IMG/VR virus record: IMGVR_UViG_3300048861_000047
Location: 1 to 26,414 of that record
Strand: one strand, 5' to 3'
DNA length: 26,414 bases
Source of the DNA: a virus
Taxonomy: Duplodnaviria > Caudoviricetes
Numbering within the stretch: the first letter of the stretch is position 1; each line of letters begins with the position of its first letter. Below the pieces are notes generated by a model. The model searched no databases. It was given only the letters and a program-made list of their open reading frames with translations, and was not told the DNA's origin. Position numbers and translations under genes: made by a program. Below are positions 15,547-24,546 of the stretch, in pieces.

Positions 15547-15842
15547 AACTTCCTTAGCCTCAGCTCGACAGTCTTTCCATCATCGAGCGGATTAGAGTCA
15601 GTCACCACATACGACGCGCCATCCACAGTCAGCCGGTCTTTTACTTCAGGCATAGGCGAGAACGCTACACAAGAAACCTCCACTCGGTACTCGTTATCGC
15701 TAACGCCAGTCGAGCCCGCGAACATGGCATCCTTGCCAGGTGCATCGAAGTTTCCTTTCACGCTTAGCCCGCCGAATACAACGTCGACACCGAAGTCTTT
15801 GAAGAAAACACCCGTCGCGAGATCGTTATCGCCAATCGGCAT
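15543..15842 (-). CDS. Head-tail joining protein, gpFII-like
   Basis: FFKDFGVDV...VKGNFD...DRLTVDGASYVV...DDGKTVELRL. Confidence 0.8.
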   Translation of the reverse strand: MPIGDNDLATGVFFKDFGVDVVFGGLSVKGNFDAPGKDAMFAGSTGVSDNEYRVEVSCVAFSPMPEVKDRLTVDGASYVVTDSNPLDDGKTVELRLRKL

Positions 15843-15878
15843 ACTTACTAATTACCGGCGTTCGAGAAAATCGCGCAA
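15843..15878 (-). promoter_or_regulatory. Conserved late-promoter element (FII-U-tube unit), leaderless
   Basis: TTGCGCGATTTTC-TCGAACGCCGG-TAATTA-GTAAGT-ATG. Occupies exactly the 36-nt gap after the lysozyme stop; no SD. Confidence 0.72.
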
Positions 15879-16313
15879 TTATGAGGCGAATAGCGCGGCC
15901 TCAGCCTTACGCCGGGTCGTCAAACCCTTGACTTCAACTCCTCCGGCGTGATTCCACCGCAGGAATTGCAGTGCAGCCTCTCCGTACTTACCGGCATTCA
16001 GGAGGCGCAACAGCTCCGACCCACCCAGCGCGCCACACCCCAGATTGAAAACGAAGTCTACGAGCGCATCGAACTGATGTTGATTGATCGTTGCGGTAAC
16101 CAGGCGGTTCACGCACGCGACCGATGCGGCCAGATCTTCGCGTAGCCACTTATCCGCCTGCGCAGCCGTACAGGTGTCCCCAGCCTTCACACCCTTTGTG
16201 TGGCCATAGCCAATCGTCCACACGCCGACGGAGTCCTGATAGGCGGATAACCTCCGCCCCTCGAAAGACTCCGTTAGCACCAGCCCGGCTTCACTGTAAG
16301 AAAAGTTCAACAC
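15879..16313 (-). CDS. Endolysin, GH24 phage lysozyme
   Basis: Catalytic E-x8-D-x5-T in FEGRRLSAYQDSVGVWTIGYGHT, plus FDALVDFVFNLG and GLTTRRKAE. No SAR-like N-terminus. Confidence 0.95.
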   Translation of the reverse strand: MLNFSYSEAGLVLTESFEGRRLSAYQDSVGVWTIGYGHTKGVKAGDTCTAAQADKWLREDLAASVACVNRLVTATINQHQFDALVDFVFNLGCGALGGSELLRLLNAGKYGEAALQFLRWNHAGGVEVKGLTTRRKAEAALFAS

Positions 16314-16322
16314 CAGCTCACC

Positions 16323-16754
16323 TCAGAAGGGGATATCGTCGTCGGCAACCTGCCGCGTGTATGCGTAGCCAGGCTGTTCATCGTCATCAGCCGACGACGA
16401 TGTAGCCTGCTTACCCATGGGAGCGCCCAAGAGCGTCACCTCAGCCACGAGCACCTCTGTCCGGTAGTTCTTCTTTCCGGTTTCTTTGTCGTCCCACGAG
16501 CGCGTCTGATTCTTACCTTCGAGGTAGAGCTTCGAGCCCTTGCCGACATAGTCGCGGATGATCTCCGCAAGCTTTCCAAAGGCCACGCAATTGTGCCACT
16601 CGGTTCGGTCCTGCCAGTTGCCGCTTCCATCCTTGAAGCGCTCCGCCGTAGCGATGGAAAACGACGCAACCGTCGACCCCCCATTCGTCGCCCTGACCTC
16701 GGGGGCCTTACCAAGATTCCCCAAGAGAATCACCTTGTTTACAGATTTTGCCAA
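16323..16754 (-). CDS. ssb: Single-stranded DNA-binding protein
   Basis: SVNKVILLGNLG...TEWHNCV...KGSKLYLEG..., ending in DDDIPF. Confidence 0.96.
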   Translation of the reverse strand: MAKSVNKVILLGNLGKAPEVRATNGGSTVASFSIATAERFKDGSGNWQDRTEWHNCVAFGKLAEIIRDYVGKGSKLYLEGKNQTRSWDDKETGKKNYRTEVLVAEVTLLGAPMGKQATSSSADDDEQPGYAYTRQVADDDIPF

Positions 16755-16773
16755 CTCCGGCCTCCGTCTTTCT

Positions 16774-17037
16774 CTATGTCGTCGTCACTACTTTGGAAAT
16801 TCCAGGGATAACGATCGGAACCGATACACCCGGATCAATATCGGGAAATGTCTGGTGCTCGAGGAGCACACTTACGCCCACTAGGTTTCCCGATGAGTCG
16901 CGGACCTCGGCAAAGCTATCCACGGTCACACCGTCAGGAAAGCCGTTGCTATCCACGCTGTAGGCCGCGTGTGTGCCAATCGTGAAGAGGTTGGCGAAGA
17001 TATCGGGAGCCAACTGAAAGCGCTTTATTCGGGCCAT
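16774..17037 (-). CDS. Hypothetical 87-aa protein
   Basis: Strong SD (AGGAGGAG) before ATG 17037; MARIKRFQLAPDIF... Confidence 0.72.
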   Translation of the reverse strand: MARIKRFQLAPDIFANLFTIGTHAAYSVDSNGFPDGVTVDSFAEVRDSSGNLVGVSVLLEHQTFPDIDPGVSVPIVIPGISKVVTTT

Positions 17038-17058
17038 GTAGGCTCCTCCTGCAACTAC

Positions 17059-17177
17059 GGCGGGGTTGCGGCCCCGCCTGCTTTCGCAATCCGGCATTTA
17101 CTCCGCTGTAGGTTGGCTGGATACCGTGAAACTCTGACCGCAATCAGAACCGCTACCCAACTCCTAGCCCACCGGCA
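17059..17177 (-). ncRNA. Candidate structured RNA element in the head operon
   Basis: Nested stems with G-U pairs on the minus strand, followed by TGC-GAAA-GCA and GGCGGGG-CCGCAA-CCCCGCC hairpins. No credible ORF. Folded by eye only. Confidence 0.35.
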
Positions 17178-17200
17178 CTCATCGTCGTTTTAGGGGTATG

Positions 17201-17401
17201 TCAATCCTGTTTCGGGGTGACGACCTTCTCCGCCTTCCCGGCTGTAATCAGCTCGTAGCCCACATCCTCCGTCACGTCGGCCACCGTCCCCGCGTCGACG
17301 TGCTGTCCTGCAATCCTGGTCTCAGCGGTCGTCTTCACCCGCATCTTCTTACCAGGAGTGACGGAGATGAAATTCGCCACCTTCGTCTTTTCCTCGGCCA
17401 T
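17201..17401 (-). CDS. Small head-associated protein (66 aa, post-capsid position)
   Basis: GAGG SD before ATG 17401. AGTVADVTEDVGYELITAGKAEKV resembles small proteins encoded after capsid genes. Confidence 0.7.
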   Translation of the reverse strand: MAEEKTKVANFISVTPGKKMRVKTTAETRIAGQHVDAGTVADVTEDVGYELITAGKAEKVVTPKQD

Positions 17402-17442
17402 ACAAAAACCTCTTTCCCGCTCATTGAGCGCTGTTGATATGC

Positions 17443-17471
17443 GCGGACCGGCCTTTGCTTGACCGGTCCGC
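17443..17471 (-). other. GC-rich hairpin after the capsid gene, no U tract
   Basis: GCGGACCGGTC-AAGCAAA-GGCCGGTCCGC, an 11-bp stem 14 nt after the stop. Probably an mRNA-stabilising or pause structure. Confidence 0.6.
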
Positions 17472-17485
17472 CTCTGGCTCACGGA

Positions 17486-19477
17486 TTAGGCGAGCGGGTT
17501 GATGTCGGTGGCGGCGACGAACGATTGCGGATGACGAACATTTACATCGCAGGTGTCGTAGGTCGTGACCTCGATGATTCCCTGCTTCTTCAGGCGGAAG
17601 GGATCGGTGACAACCTCGTAAGCAACCCACTCGCCGATGAGGAGCTCGCTCCATACGCCGCCAACCATTGTGTGCTGCTTATAAGGCGACTCGCCGGTCG
17701 ACATTGGAGTCGGGAGCTGGTTGGTCACGTCGGCCTTGTAGCCATTTACCTCGTTGTTCTGCCAGATAGGTAGGGCAATCTGGTTGGCAAGCTCCGCCGT
17801 GTTCTTCAGCTTCTTACGCACGCGAGGCGTGGTCAGATAACCCATCGTTCCGAGCACGTCAGCATTCGCCTCAGCGATCTGCGTCTCAAACTCGGTGATG
17901 TTGTCGAAGCTCAGAGCCGCGCCAGTGGTAACGATCGAGCCGATACCGGTCTGGTTGAGGATGCCCTTCGGCTGGTTGTTCTGTCCGGTTCCGACCAAAG
18001 CGGCCAGATCGATCGCGCGAGCGGCGACTGCCGTGAGGTCCATACGGATGAGCGCCTCGACATCAACCGAGCTCTGTTGGAGTAGAAGGCGGGAGAAGCC
18101 GGTCGAAGCCTGAAGGATCTTTGGGCTCATGCTCATCTGCGCGAAGCTGATCGCGGAGTCGTCCACATCGGAGCCAGGATTGTCCGCTACCCAGGAGGCA
18201 GTCGTCGCTCCGGTCTGCTTTGGGAAAGCAACGTTTCCGGTCAGACCCGCGAGGAAGGTCGCACCCATTTGGCGAACTTTGACCTGGTTGCGCAGCAGCT
18301 CGATCAGCGAGACAAACTCGGTGAAAATGGTCGCGGCGGCATTGCCATTGCTTGCGCTGGTATCGTTCGCACGAGTGGCGATCGGCAGGCCATTACGCGA
18401 TGCAATGCGGTCCAGGTCGCCAGCGCGCATCTTCATGTTCATGGGAATGAACAGACCGTGCTCACGTGCGCTGCGTCCGGCCGACCTGGCGAGAGCATCA
18501 GAAACCTCGTGCTCAAAACCACGCTGGGTTTCGCCGGCGGCAGCACGCAGAGCCGCAGTCAGGGAGTAGTTGCGCTGCTCAGCTTCACTCATGCCGAGCG
18601 GGTTGAGATTCCGAACCTCGTTCGCCTGGGCCTCTTCGAGCTGTTTGTCCATGACAAATTTCCGGACGACATCGACCGAGGTCTCATCGGCGACGAACTT
18701 GTCGCGCTGGTCAGGGTTTACGAACTTTGCGTAGCGCTGCGCGATCGCATTGATCTCGCTTACACGCTGACGTTCGGCGGCAACGGCCTCATTATGGCCG
18801 GTAGCGGTTGCAGACATGCTTACCTCTTCCTTGTTTTCGGCTTCAGCCGTGTTGGACTTCTTAGAGCGCCGCTCTTCAGGGGCCTCATCGGCGACCTCCG
18901 CGTGCGCAGCCTCGACCGGAGCACTAGCGCCGAGGCTGCGGACTGGAAAGACAGGCGTACCGGCGGCAACGACAGGAGCGCTGATCGAACGACCGATACC
19001 GACCGTGGGGTCCGCAGGAACAGGACAAAGAGAACCCTCGCAAGGCATCCAATTCGTCCAACGCACCGTGTCCGGGGAGCCCTTCTTTCCTTCCGTGAAC
19101 TGGTAATCTCGCGGGATGTATCCGCCGCTGGCGTCGACAAGGATGCCGTCGCGAACGTCGTCTAGCTTCTGCTGCGCGAGTGGTGAATTTCCGAAGCGGG
19201 CGGTTACATAGAGCTTGCCATCCTTGATTTCGTGGGTCTCGATGCGACCGATGTGTTGGTTCGTGTCATGGTTGAAGAGGAGCGGGATTCCACGTTTCAG
19301 GCGCTCAGTGTCGATCGAGCCTTCCGAATGGTCGAGAACTTCCTCCCCGTAATATCGATCGACAGGCGTCTCCGACGTGAGCGCGAATGTAACCGTGCGC
19401 TTGTCGTAGTCAAAGCTTGAAACGGTCGTCGCTCGTTGCTGAATGGGTAAAGCGTCAGGTATACGTTGCTTGCTCAC
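17486..19477 (-). CDS. HK97-type prohead protease fused to major capsid protein
   Basis: Protease motifs PLLFNHD, DASGGY and EGSLCPVPADPTVGIGRS, then a linker, then an HK97-fold capsid (FPKQTGATTASWVAD, GTGQNNQPKGI, VRHPQSF). GTG start at 19477; internal SD-ATG at 18817. Confidence 0.95.
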   Translation of the reverse strand: MSKQRIPDALPIQQRATTVSSFDYDKRTVTFALTSETPVDRYYGEEVLDHSEGSIDTERLKRGIPLLFNHDTNQHIGRIETHEIKDGKLYVTARFGNSPLAQQKLDDVRDGILVDASGGYIPRDYQFTEGKKGSPDTVRWTNWMPCEGSLCPVPADPTVGIGRSISAPVVAAGTPVFPVRSLGASAPVEAAHAEVADEAPEERRSKKSNTAEAENKEEVSMSATATGHNEAVAAERQRVSEINAIAQRYAKFVNPDQRDKFVADETSVDVVRKFVMDKQLEEAQANEVRNLNPLGMSEAEQRNYSLTAALRAAAGETQRGFEHEVSDALARSAGRSAREHGLFIPMNMKMRAGDLDRIASRNGLPIATRANDTSASNGNAAATIFTEFVSLIELLRNQVKVRQMGATFLAGLTGNVAFPKQTGATTASWVADNPGSDVDDSAISFAQMSMSPKILQASTGFSRLLLQQSSVDVEALIRMDLTAVAARAIDLAALVGTGQNNQPKGILNQTGIGSIVTTGAALSFDNITEFETQIAEANADVLGTMGYLTTPRVRKKLKNTAELANQIALPIWQNNEVNGYKADVTNQLPTPMSTGESPYKQHTMVGGVWSELLIGEWVAYEVVTDPFRLKKQGIIEVTTYDTCDVNVRHPQSFVAATDINPLA

Positions 19478-19513
19478 AACGTGGTTATGCGCCGAAAACT
19501 GAAAAGACCGCAA
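19478..19513 (-). promoter_or_regulatory. Conserved late-promoter element (capsid unit), leaderless
   Basis: TTGCGGTCTTTTC-AGTTTTCGGCG-CATAAC-CACGTT-GTG; no SD. Confidence 0.72.
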
Positions 19514-19555
19514 ATTTCAGTGCGATAGAACTTTCAAAAAGGTATTCTCACAATC

Positions 19556-20431
19556 ATGGAGATCTTCATAAGTTGGTCAGGACCAAAAAGTAAGGCATTC
19601 GCGGAGGCATTGAAGGATTGGCTGAAAAAATGTTTACAGGCAGCCAAACCGTGGATTTCTTCTCACGACATCGACAAAGGCGCTCGATGGGGGCAGGAAA
19701 TTTCTGAGAAGTTGGGTGCCGTGAGATTCGGCATAATCTGCTGCACCTCAATGAACATAACTTCTCCGTGGTTACTTTTTGAAGCCGGGGCTATTTCAAA
19801 GTTGCCGGGATCCCGCGTCTACACTGTCCTTATCGATCTTCCGCCTTCACAGTTAGAGTTTCCGCTCGCACAATTCCAAGCTACCAAAGCAGAAAAAGAG
19901 GACCTTTACAGACTCGTCAGTTCAATCAATTCGTCTCTGGACGTTGGCAGTCTATCCGAGGAGAACTTGAGAGAAGTCTTCGATCATTGGTGGCCGAAAT
20001 TGGAAGATAAACTATTGTCACTTCCGAGCGAGATTGTGCATGCTGGTCCCAGACGGAGCCAGACCGAATTGCTTGAAGAAATTTTGGACGGGGTCCGAGC
20101 TCTTGGAAGAAGCCAAACTAGCAACAGCTTTCAACCAGATTCAGAGAGGCAAGATCCCTTTGAGAAGGAATTGATCTCCTATGCGGTAGACCAATTCGCG
20201 ATAAATAATATCCTCAAATCATTAATCAGCCTAGGCTTTGACTACAAGAGAAAGGCTATGCTGATGTACACCCGCCACGGTCGATTTTATGCCGGTGTTG
20301 GCCCGAGCCTCACGACGGAGGTCAATTTCGACAGCATCCGGAAAACGGTCGAATCTATTGCCCTCCGCGCCTCCCACTCCCAGGGAGAGGTACCTACATC
20401 GCCAGAGGAGGGCTTGGTGCCAACGAAATAA
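19556..20431 (+). CDS. TIR-domain protein (moron, antisense to the head genes)
   Basis: IFISWSG...PWISSHDIDKGARW...SPWLLFEAGA retains the catalytic-position Glu. More AT-rich than its neighbours. TATTCT lies 7 nt before the ATG. Confidence 0.9.
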   Translation: MEIFISWSGPKSKAFAEALKDWLKKCLQAAKPWISSHDIDKGARWGQEISEKLGAVRFGIICCTSMNITSPWLLFEAGAISKLPGSRVYTVLIDLPPSQLEFPLAQFQATKAEKEDLYRLVSSINSSLDVGSLSEENLREVFDHWWPKLEDKLLSLPSEIVHAGPRRSQTELLEEILDGVRALGRSQTSNSFQPDSERQDPFEKELISYAVDQFAINNILKSLISLGFDYKRKAMLMYTRHGRFYAGVGPSLTTEVNFDSIRKTVESIALRASHSQGEVPTSPEEGLVPTK

Positions 20432-20455
20432 TAAAGCAGCTCATGCTTGTGTTTT

Positions 20456-21973
20456 TCATACCTCCTGATTGTCATCCGCCGTGTCCGCTTTGCCCACCGT
20501 ATCGGTGCCGAGATTTAGGCCGAGTCTCTGGATGAGCTTCTCCTCTTCCGCAAGCTCCGTAAGGGTTTCCTCAAGATCATATCCACGCTCCGCCAAAATG
20601 CGGGTTCTCGTGGTGTATCCGTTCTGGACTGCGAGAACGTTTGCATTCTGGTCATTCTTTGGGTCAACCCAATCCCATCCGCGAGGATGCCACTCGAGCT
20701 GCTCGAGCACCTCCTCTTCATCTCTCACGCTCAAATCAATACGGCCACTGAGTACAGACGAGGCAAGCCAGGCAGCATTGATACGCCGATGGAACTGACC
20801 GATGGCAAACTTCTGCCGAACCCTCCACATATCCCGCTCGTTCAGTAGTCCGGCTCGGATGCTTGAGAAGTTCACTCCCTCCAGATCGTCCGCGAGGGAT
20901 GTATAGGACACGCCAAGCGCCGTCGCGATATTCCGCTTGCACTCCTTCACGAACTGCCCGTAGTTGGTCGTCGGATGATTCGGCGTAATCGAGGTCAGCG
21001 TCTCCCCAGGGCCAAGACGGATACCGCCGCCAGGCGTGAGCTCGAGCGCCGTCGTTCCGTCGAGGTTCTCTCCATCACCCTCGAACGCATCATCTTCGCC
21101 GGAGTCCTTTGTCTCAATCGCGAAGCTTTGACAGGCCGCGACGCGCGCTGCCGTAATAGCTGCTTCCTCGTACCCCTTCAGCATGTTCATCTGGTACATC
21201 GCCGGAGTCATCCAGGGAAGCCCACGCGACTGCCTGGCGCTGTCCGGAAGGAATGTATGAATGACGCTTTCCGCCGGTACACGTACGCGGTTGCGGTCAC
21301 TCGTCGACCATTCGTTAGGGTGCTCCGTCCAAAGCCAATATGCGACCGGCTTCCGGAACTTATCCAGCTCCACACCCATGCGAATCTCATTCTGCCCACG
21401 GTTCGGAGGCACCGAGTAAGTAGAGTCCAACTGGTCAACATCAACCACCTGGATCGAGAAACCCCACGGATTATCTGCTACCTTCAACAGGCAGAGGAAC
21501 TCGCCATCCATGGCCACGGTGCGCACAAAGAGGCGCTCGAGATCGGCGAAGCTCATGGTTCCGTCTACCGTGCAAGTGCCACGGCGGCCCCACTTCTTCC
21601 ACTCCGACTCAATCTGCTCATTCAGGCCAGTCGCCCGGGTATCGCCACGCAGGTTTTTTACTTTCGCCTGCAACTGAATACCACGCGGGCCGGAGATGTT
21701 TGCTACACACAGCGAGAGAAACTTCGCGGCAAGGGGATCGTTATCTGCAAGTTCACGCGCGCGTGCCCGCAACTTGCGAAGATCCTGCCACAACTTCTGA
21801 TCTCGACTTAGAACAGACGTAGCCCAATCGAACGTGAAGCGGTTTTGCTGGGCCGCAGAGAACGACCTACGAGCAGTAGATACGGCGTTCTTAGCCACCG
21901 CCAAGCCGTTTTTACGCACCGGCAACGCCGCCTTAGCTTCAGCAAGGTCCAACAGCGTGAGATTAGTAGCCAT
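20456..21973 (-). CDS. Portal protein, lambda family
   Basis: LRARARELADND, GVELDKFRKPVAYW, QSRGLPW, DLEGVNFSSIRAGLL, WDWVDPKND. Confidence 0.96.
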   Translation of the reverse strand: MATNLTLLDLAEAKAALPVRKNGLAVAKNAVSTARRSFSAAQQNRFTFDWATSVLSRDQKLWQDLRKLRARARELADNDPLAAKFLSLCVANISGPRGIQLQAKVKNLRGDTRATGLNEQIESEWKKWGRRGTCTVDGTMSFADLERLFVRTVAMDGEFLCLLKVADNPWGFSIQVVDVDQLDSTYSVPPNRGQNEIRMGVELDKFRKPVAYWLWTEHPNEWSTSDRNRVRVPAESVIHTFLPDSARQSRGLPWMTPAMYQMNMLKGYEEAAITAARVAACQSFAIETKDSGEDDAFEGDGENLDGTTALELTPGGGIRLGPGETLTSITPNHPTTNYGQFVKECKRNIATALGVSYTSLADDLEGVNFSSIRAGLLNERDMWRVRQKFAIGQFHRRINAAWLASSVLSGRIDLSVRDEEEVLEQLEWHPRGWDWVDPKNDQNANVLAVQNGYTTRTRILAERGYDLEETLTELAEEEKLIQRLGLNLGTDTVGKADTADDNQEV

Positions 21974-22568
21974 TACGGAACACCACTCCTATACCGCGAC
22001 CGCGAACCTTCTCTCCGCGCCTGATCCTGATAGCCCTCACGCGGCGCTCGTATTGCCCGCGCAACTCCTGGAGTTCCGAGAACGTGTAACGAGTCAACAT
22101 TCGGCCATGGATGCTGTAACTCTGCGCATCCTCGAGCACCTTACCGGCGAGGAGTGCCTTTATCGCGTCGAGAATCTTCTCGTCGTCCTCACGATCGTCG
22201 AATCCGGCAGTCTGCGCCTGAAGGTCAGGGAGGATGTCTACCTCGCCCGTCCCAACCGTATGCCGGTCGCCGCCACCGTCCGCAATATACGCCTGCCACA
22301 GGTAGTGCCCAGGAGCCCAGTCTTTCGTGATCGATGACGGAATCTTTACCTGGAAACCATCCCCACTCGAGGTGACTTTATCCCCATTAACTTGATACAC
22401 GTTACTGCGGTTGATGATTGTGTAGGACAGCGTGTTAGCGCCCGATGGATATCCCGGAGTCACCCGAATCCACGACACCGCGTCACCCGCAACAATGCGG
22501 CTGGGCTCCTGCCATGGAATCAGCGGCTCGCCATTCAGAATGTCTTGCAGAGGAGTAAAGGTGCTCAC
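21963..22568 (-). CDS. Head completion/adaptor protein (gpW-like C-terminus, extra N-terminal beta domain)
   Basis: Between terL and portal. C-terminal QSYSIHGRMLTRYTFSELQELRGQY is gpW-like. Confidence 0.75.
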   Translation of the reverse strand: MSTFTPLQDILNGEPLIPWQEPSRIVAGDAVSWIRVTPGYPSGANTLSYTIINRSNVYQVNGDKVTSSGDGFQVKIPSSITKDWAPGHYLWQAYIADGGGDRHTVGTGEVDILPDLQAQTAGFDDREDDEKILDAIKALLAGKVLEDAQSYSIHGRMLTRYTFSELQELRGQYERRVRAIRIRRGEKVRGRGIGVVFRNGY

Positions 22569-22604
22569 ACTTCACCTCTACCGGCGAACTCGAAAAGCAA
22601 GCAA
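22569..22604 (-). promoter_or_regulatory. Conserved late-promoter element (adaptor-portal unit)
   Basis: TTGCTTGCTTTTC-GAGTTCGCCGG-TAGAGG-TGAAGT-GTG; fills the 37-nt gap. Also contains an SD-like GAGGTG. Confidence 0.68.
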
Positions 22605-22605
22605 G

Positions 22606-24546
22606 TTATTTCCATGAATTGATCCATCCACCCTGGCGCGAGCGAAATCGGTTCCGTGAAGGCGGGGGCTTCGGCGGTTGCGGAAGTGCTCCGAGCGTAA
22701 CCGTCTCCTCGGTCGGCTCCAACTTCTCCCGCTCAACCCTCTCCGCCTTGCGCTTGATCTTCGACGCGATTAGCGGAAAATTCGGCTTGATCCGTTCGAG
22801 AGCGGCCATTGCATACACACGCAAATCGAGAGCTTCGTTTCGGTCTCTCCGTTTACGCCACACACGCTCCGGCAATCCATTGCGCGTAATGGTGATCTGC
22901 TGCTCGGCCGTAAGCTGCGAGTAGAATTCCTCGTCGAAGGTGCTGGCATCATCTGGAAAGTGGCAGTATCCAGGCCCTTCAACCTCGATCTTCAGCCGCG
23001 CATAGAAGAGCTCTTTCGCTGCGTCGACACCGACCATGTATAGAAGCGTCTCCGCGACACCCTGCTTTGTGGGACGAGCCAGTAACGGGTATGCTCCGCC
23101 CCGCCCTTTGCAGGCATAAATACGGCGATGCTCACGCGGTTTAGTGAACGCGTACACCTGCTTTGTATGGTGCCCGCCGGAATCAATAAGAGTGCAGCGA
23201 ATGCGGAGCATAATTCCGCTCTCGTGCTGCCATTCAGACTGCAACCACTCGTCCAGCTCTCCCCAAACGGTGGGCTGAGACGGATCTCCCTGAAATACGC
23301 GATGGTCAATCGCCCAGGACTCCTCACCGGCGCCCCAGCCGATCGCGCTCGCCTCCAACCGATCCTTCTGCACGTCGACCGCCGCCGTGATTACTAGGAC
23401 ACCGGCGGGAGCAGGTGCGCTGTACGGGTGAACGCGGTCGCGGAACACGTCAGACTCGACGCGATCGCCCTGCACCTCCCACGTCTCGGCCAGGCTGGCG
23501 TTGACGAAGGTTTGAAGTTCGTTCGGATTTCCTTGGGCGTCGAGCCACTTACGAATAAGGTCCGGCCAGGTCACCCACGGCGAGTAAAGCGCATTCAGGT
23601 GAAAGCCCGCCGTCTTGCCGTCGATACTCTTCGCGGTCGCCCTCCAGACGCCCTTGCGGACCATATCTGGTTTATCGCCTTCCAGGATCTCGCATCCATT
23701 CGCGCCGCAGACGTAATAGCAGTCGTCCGGCCTATGCTCGGTCACATCATTGTCAGGCCTGGGCGAAGGCCACTTGAGATTGCCCCACTCGAGGAGCTGC
23801 TCCTCGTTGCAATGCGGGCAGCGGACAAAAAAGCGGCGCTGATCGCTTTTCAGGAACTCACGCTCGATGCGCGAAGCGCCTTTGATCGACGGCGTCGACG
23901 TGTAGATGATCTTCTTATTCCAGAAGGTCGCGGTACGCGCCTCCATGAGCTTGCCTGGATCGCCCTCGGCGCCGGCGGACGCCTCCCACTTGTCCACCTC
24001 GTCACCCTGGACGATACGCCGGGAACGCGACGCCAGGCCCGCCGGAGAATTCGCGCCAGCGAGCGCCAGCCCGCCGCCGGGAAATTCTTTCTTGAGGAGC
24101 GTATTGCCGGAGTCCCTGGACCGGGACGGGCGAAACAGCTTCGCCAGGGCTGGGGTATCTCGGATGGCAGGCGCGATACGCTCTTTCGAGAAGTCCTCCG
24201 CCGCCTCGAGGGTCGGCTGCACCATGAGCATCGGAGAGGGATCATGCGCCGTGTAATACCAATTGATGTTGAGCAGGCAGGCCGTCTTGCCGAGCTGCGC
24301 GCCCCACATGGCGACAATGCGCTCAATAAGCGGGTCGCTACCTGCGTCCATGAGACCGCGCTGGTACTCCGCCGTAGCCGTGATCCACTGGCCGGGCTGG
24401 GCGGAACTCTCCGCCGACAGGACCGCATACCGGTCGGCCCACTCAGACACGCTCAGCTTCGGCGGAGGCTCCAGCAGGGACAATCCGGCCTCGATGGCTC
24501 CCCAAAGAGCGTCAATACTCTCGGGGGTGGAGACGTAGTTACTCAC
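22606..24546 (-). CDS. Terminase large subunit, lambda gpA family
   Basis: LSVSEWAD, Walker A GAQLGKT, Walker B IVQGDEVD, STP, CPHC, AAVDVQ, RNEALDLRVYA. GTG 24546 after GAGGAGG overlaps the terS end. Confidence 0.97.
   Translation of the reverse strand: MSNYVSTPESIDALWGAIEAGLSLLEPPPKLSVSEWADRYAVLSAESSAQPGQWITATAEYQRGLMDAGSDPLIERIVAMWGAQLGKTACLLNINWYYTAHDPSPMLMVQPTLEAAEDFSKERIAPAIRDTPALAKLFRPSRSRDSGNTLLKKEFPGGGLALAGANSPAGLASRSRRIVQGDEVDKWEASAGAEGDPGKLMEARTATFWNKKIIYTSTPSIKGASRIEREFLKSDQRRFFVRCPHCNEEQLLEWGNLKWPSPRPDNDVTEHRPDDCYYVCGANGCEILEGDKPDMVRKGVWRATAKSIDGKTAGFHLNALYSPWVTWPDLIRKWLDAQGNPNELQTFVNASLAETWEVQGDRVESDVFRDRVHPYSAPAPAGVLVITAAVDVQKDRLEASAIGWGAGEESWAIDHRVFQGDPSQPTVWGELDEWLQSEWQHESGIMLRIRCTLIDSGGHHTKQVYAFTKPREHRRIYACKGRGGAYPLLARPTKQGVAETLLYMVGVDAAKELFYARLKIEVEGPGYCHFPDDASTFDEEFYSQLTAEQQITITRNGLPERVWRKRRDRNEALDLRVYAMAALERIKPNFPLIASKIKRKAERVEREKLEPTEETVTLGALPQPPKPPPSRNRFRSRQGGWINSWK

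Noticed and set aside
17050-17190. Hammerhead ribozyme (GATGAG...GAAA...GTA on the minus strand)
   Set aside because: The core reads ACGATGA rather than CTGANGA, and stem III does not close correctly after GAAA.
19478-19513. TTG 19513 as the capsid-fusion start
   Set aside because: That TTG is the first triplet of the promoter motif; GTG 19477 fits the shared geometry.
19556-20431. Complete Thoeris, CBASS or Pycsar system
   Set aside because: No SIR2/macro effector, cyclase or other partner gene is adjacent.
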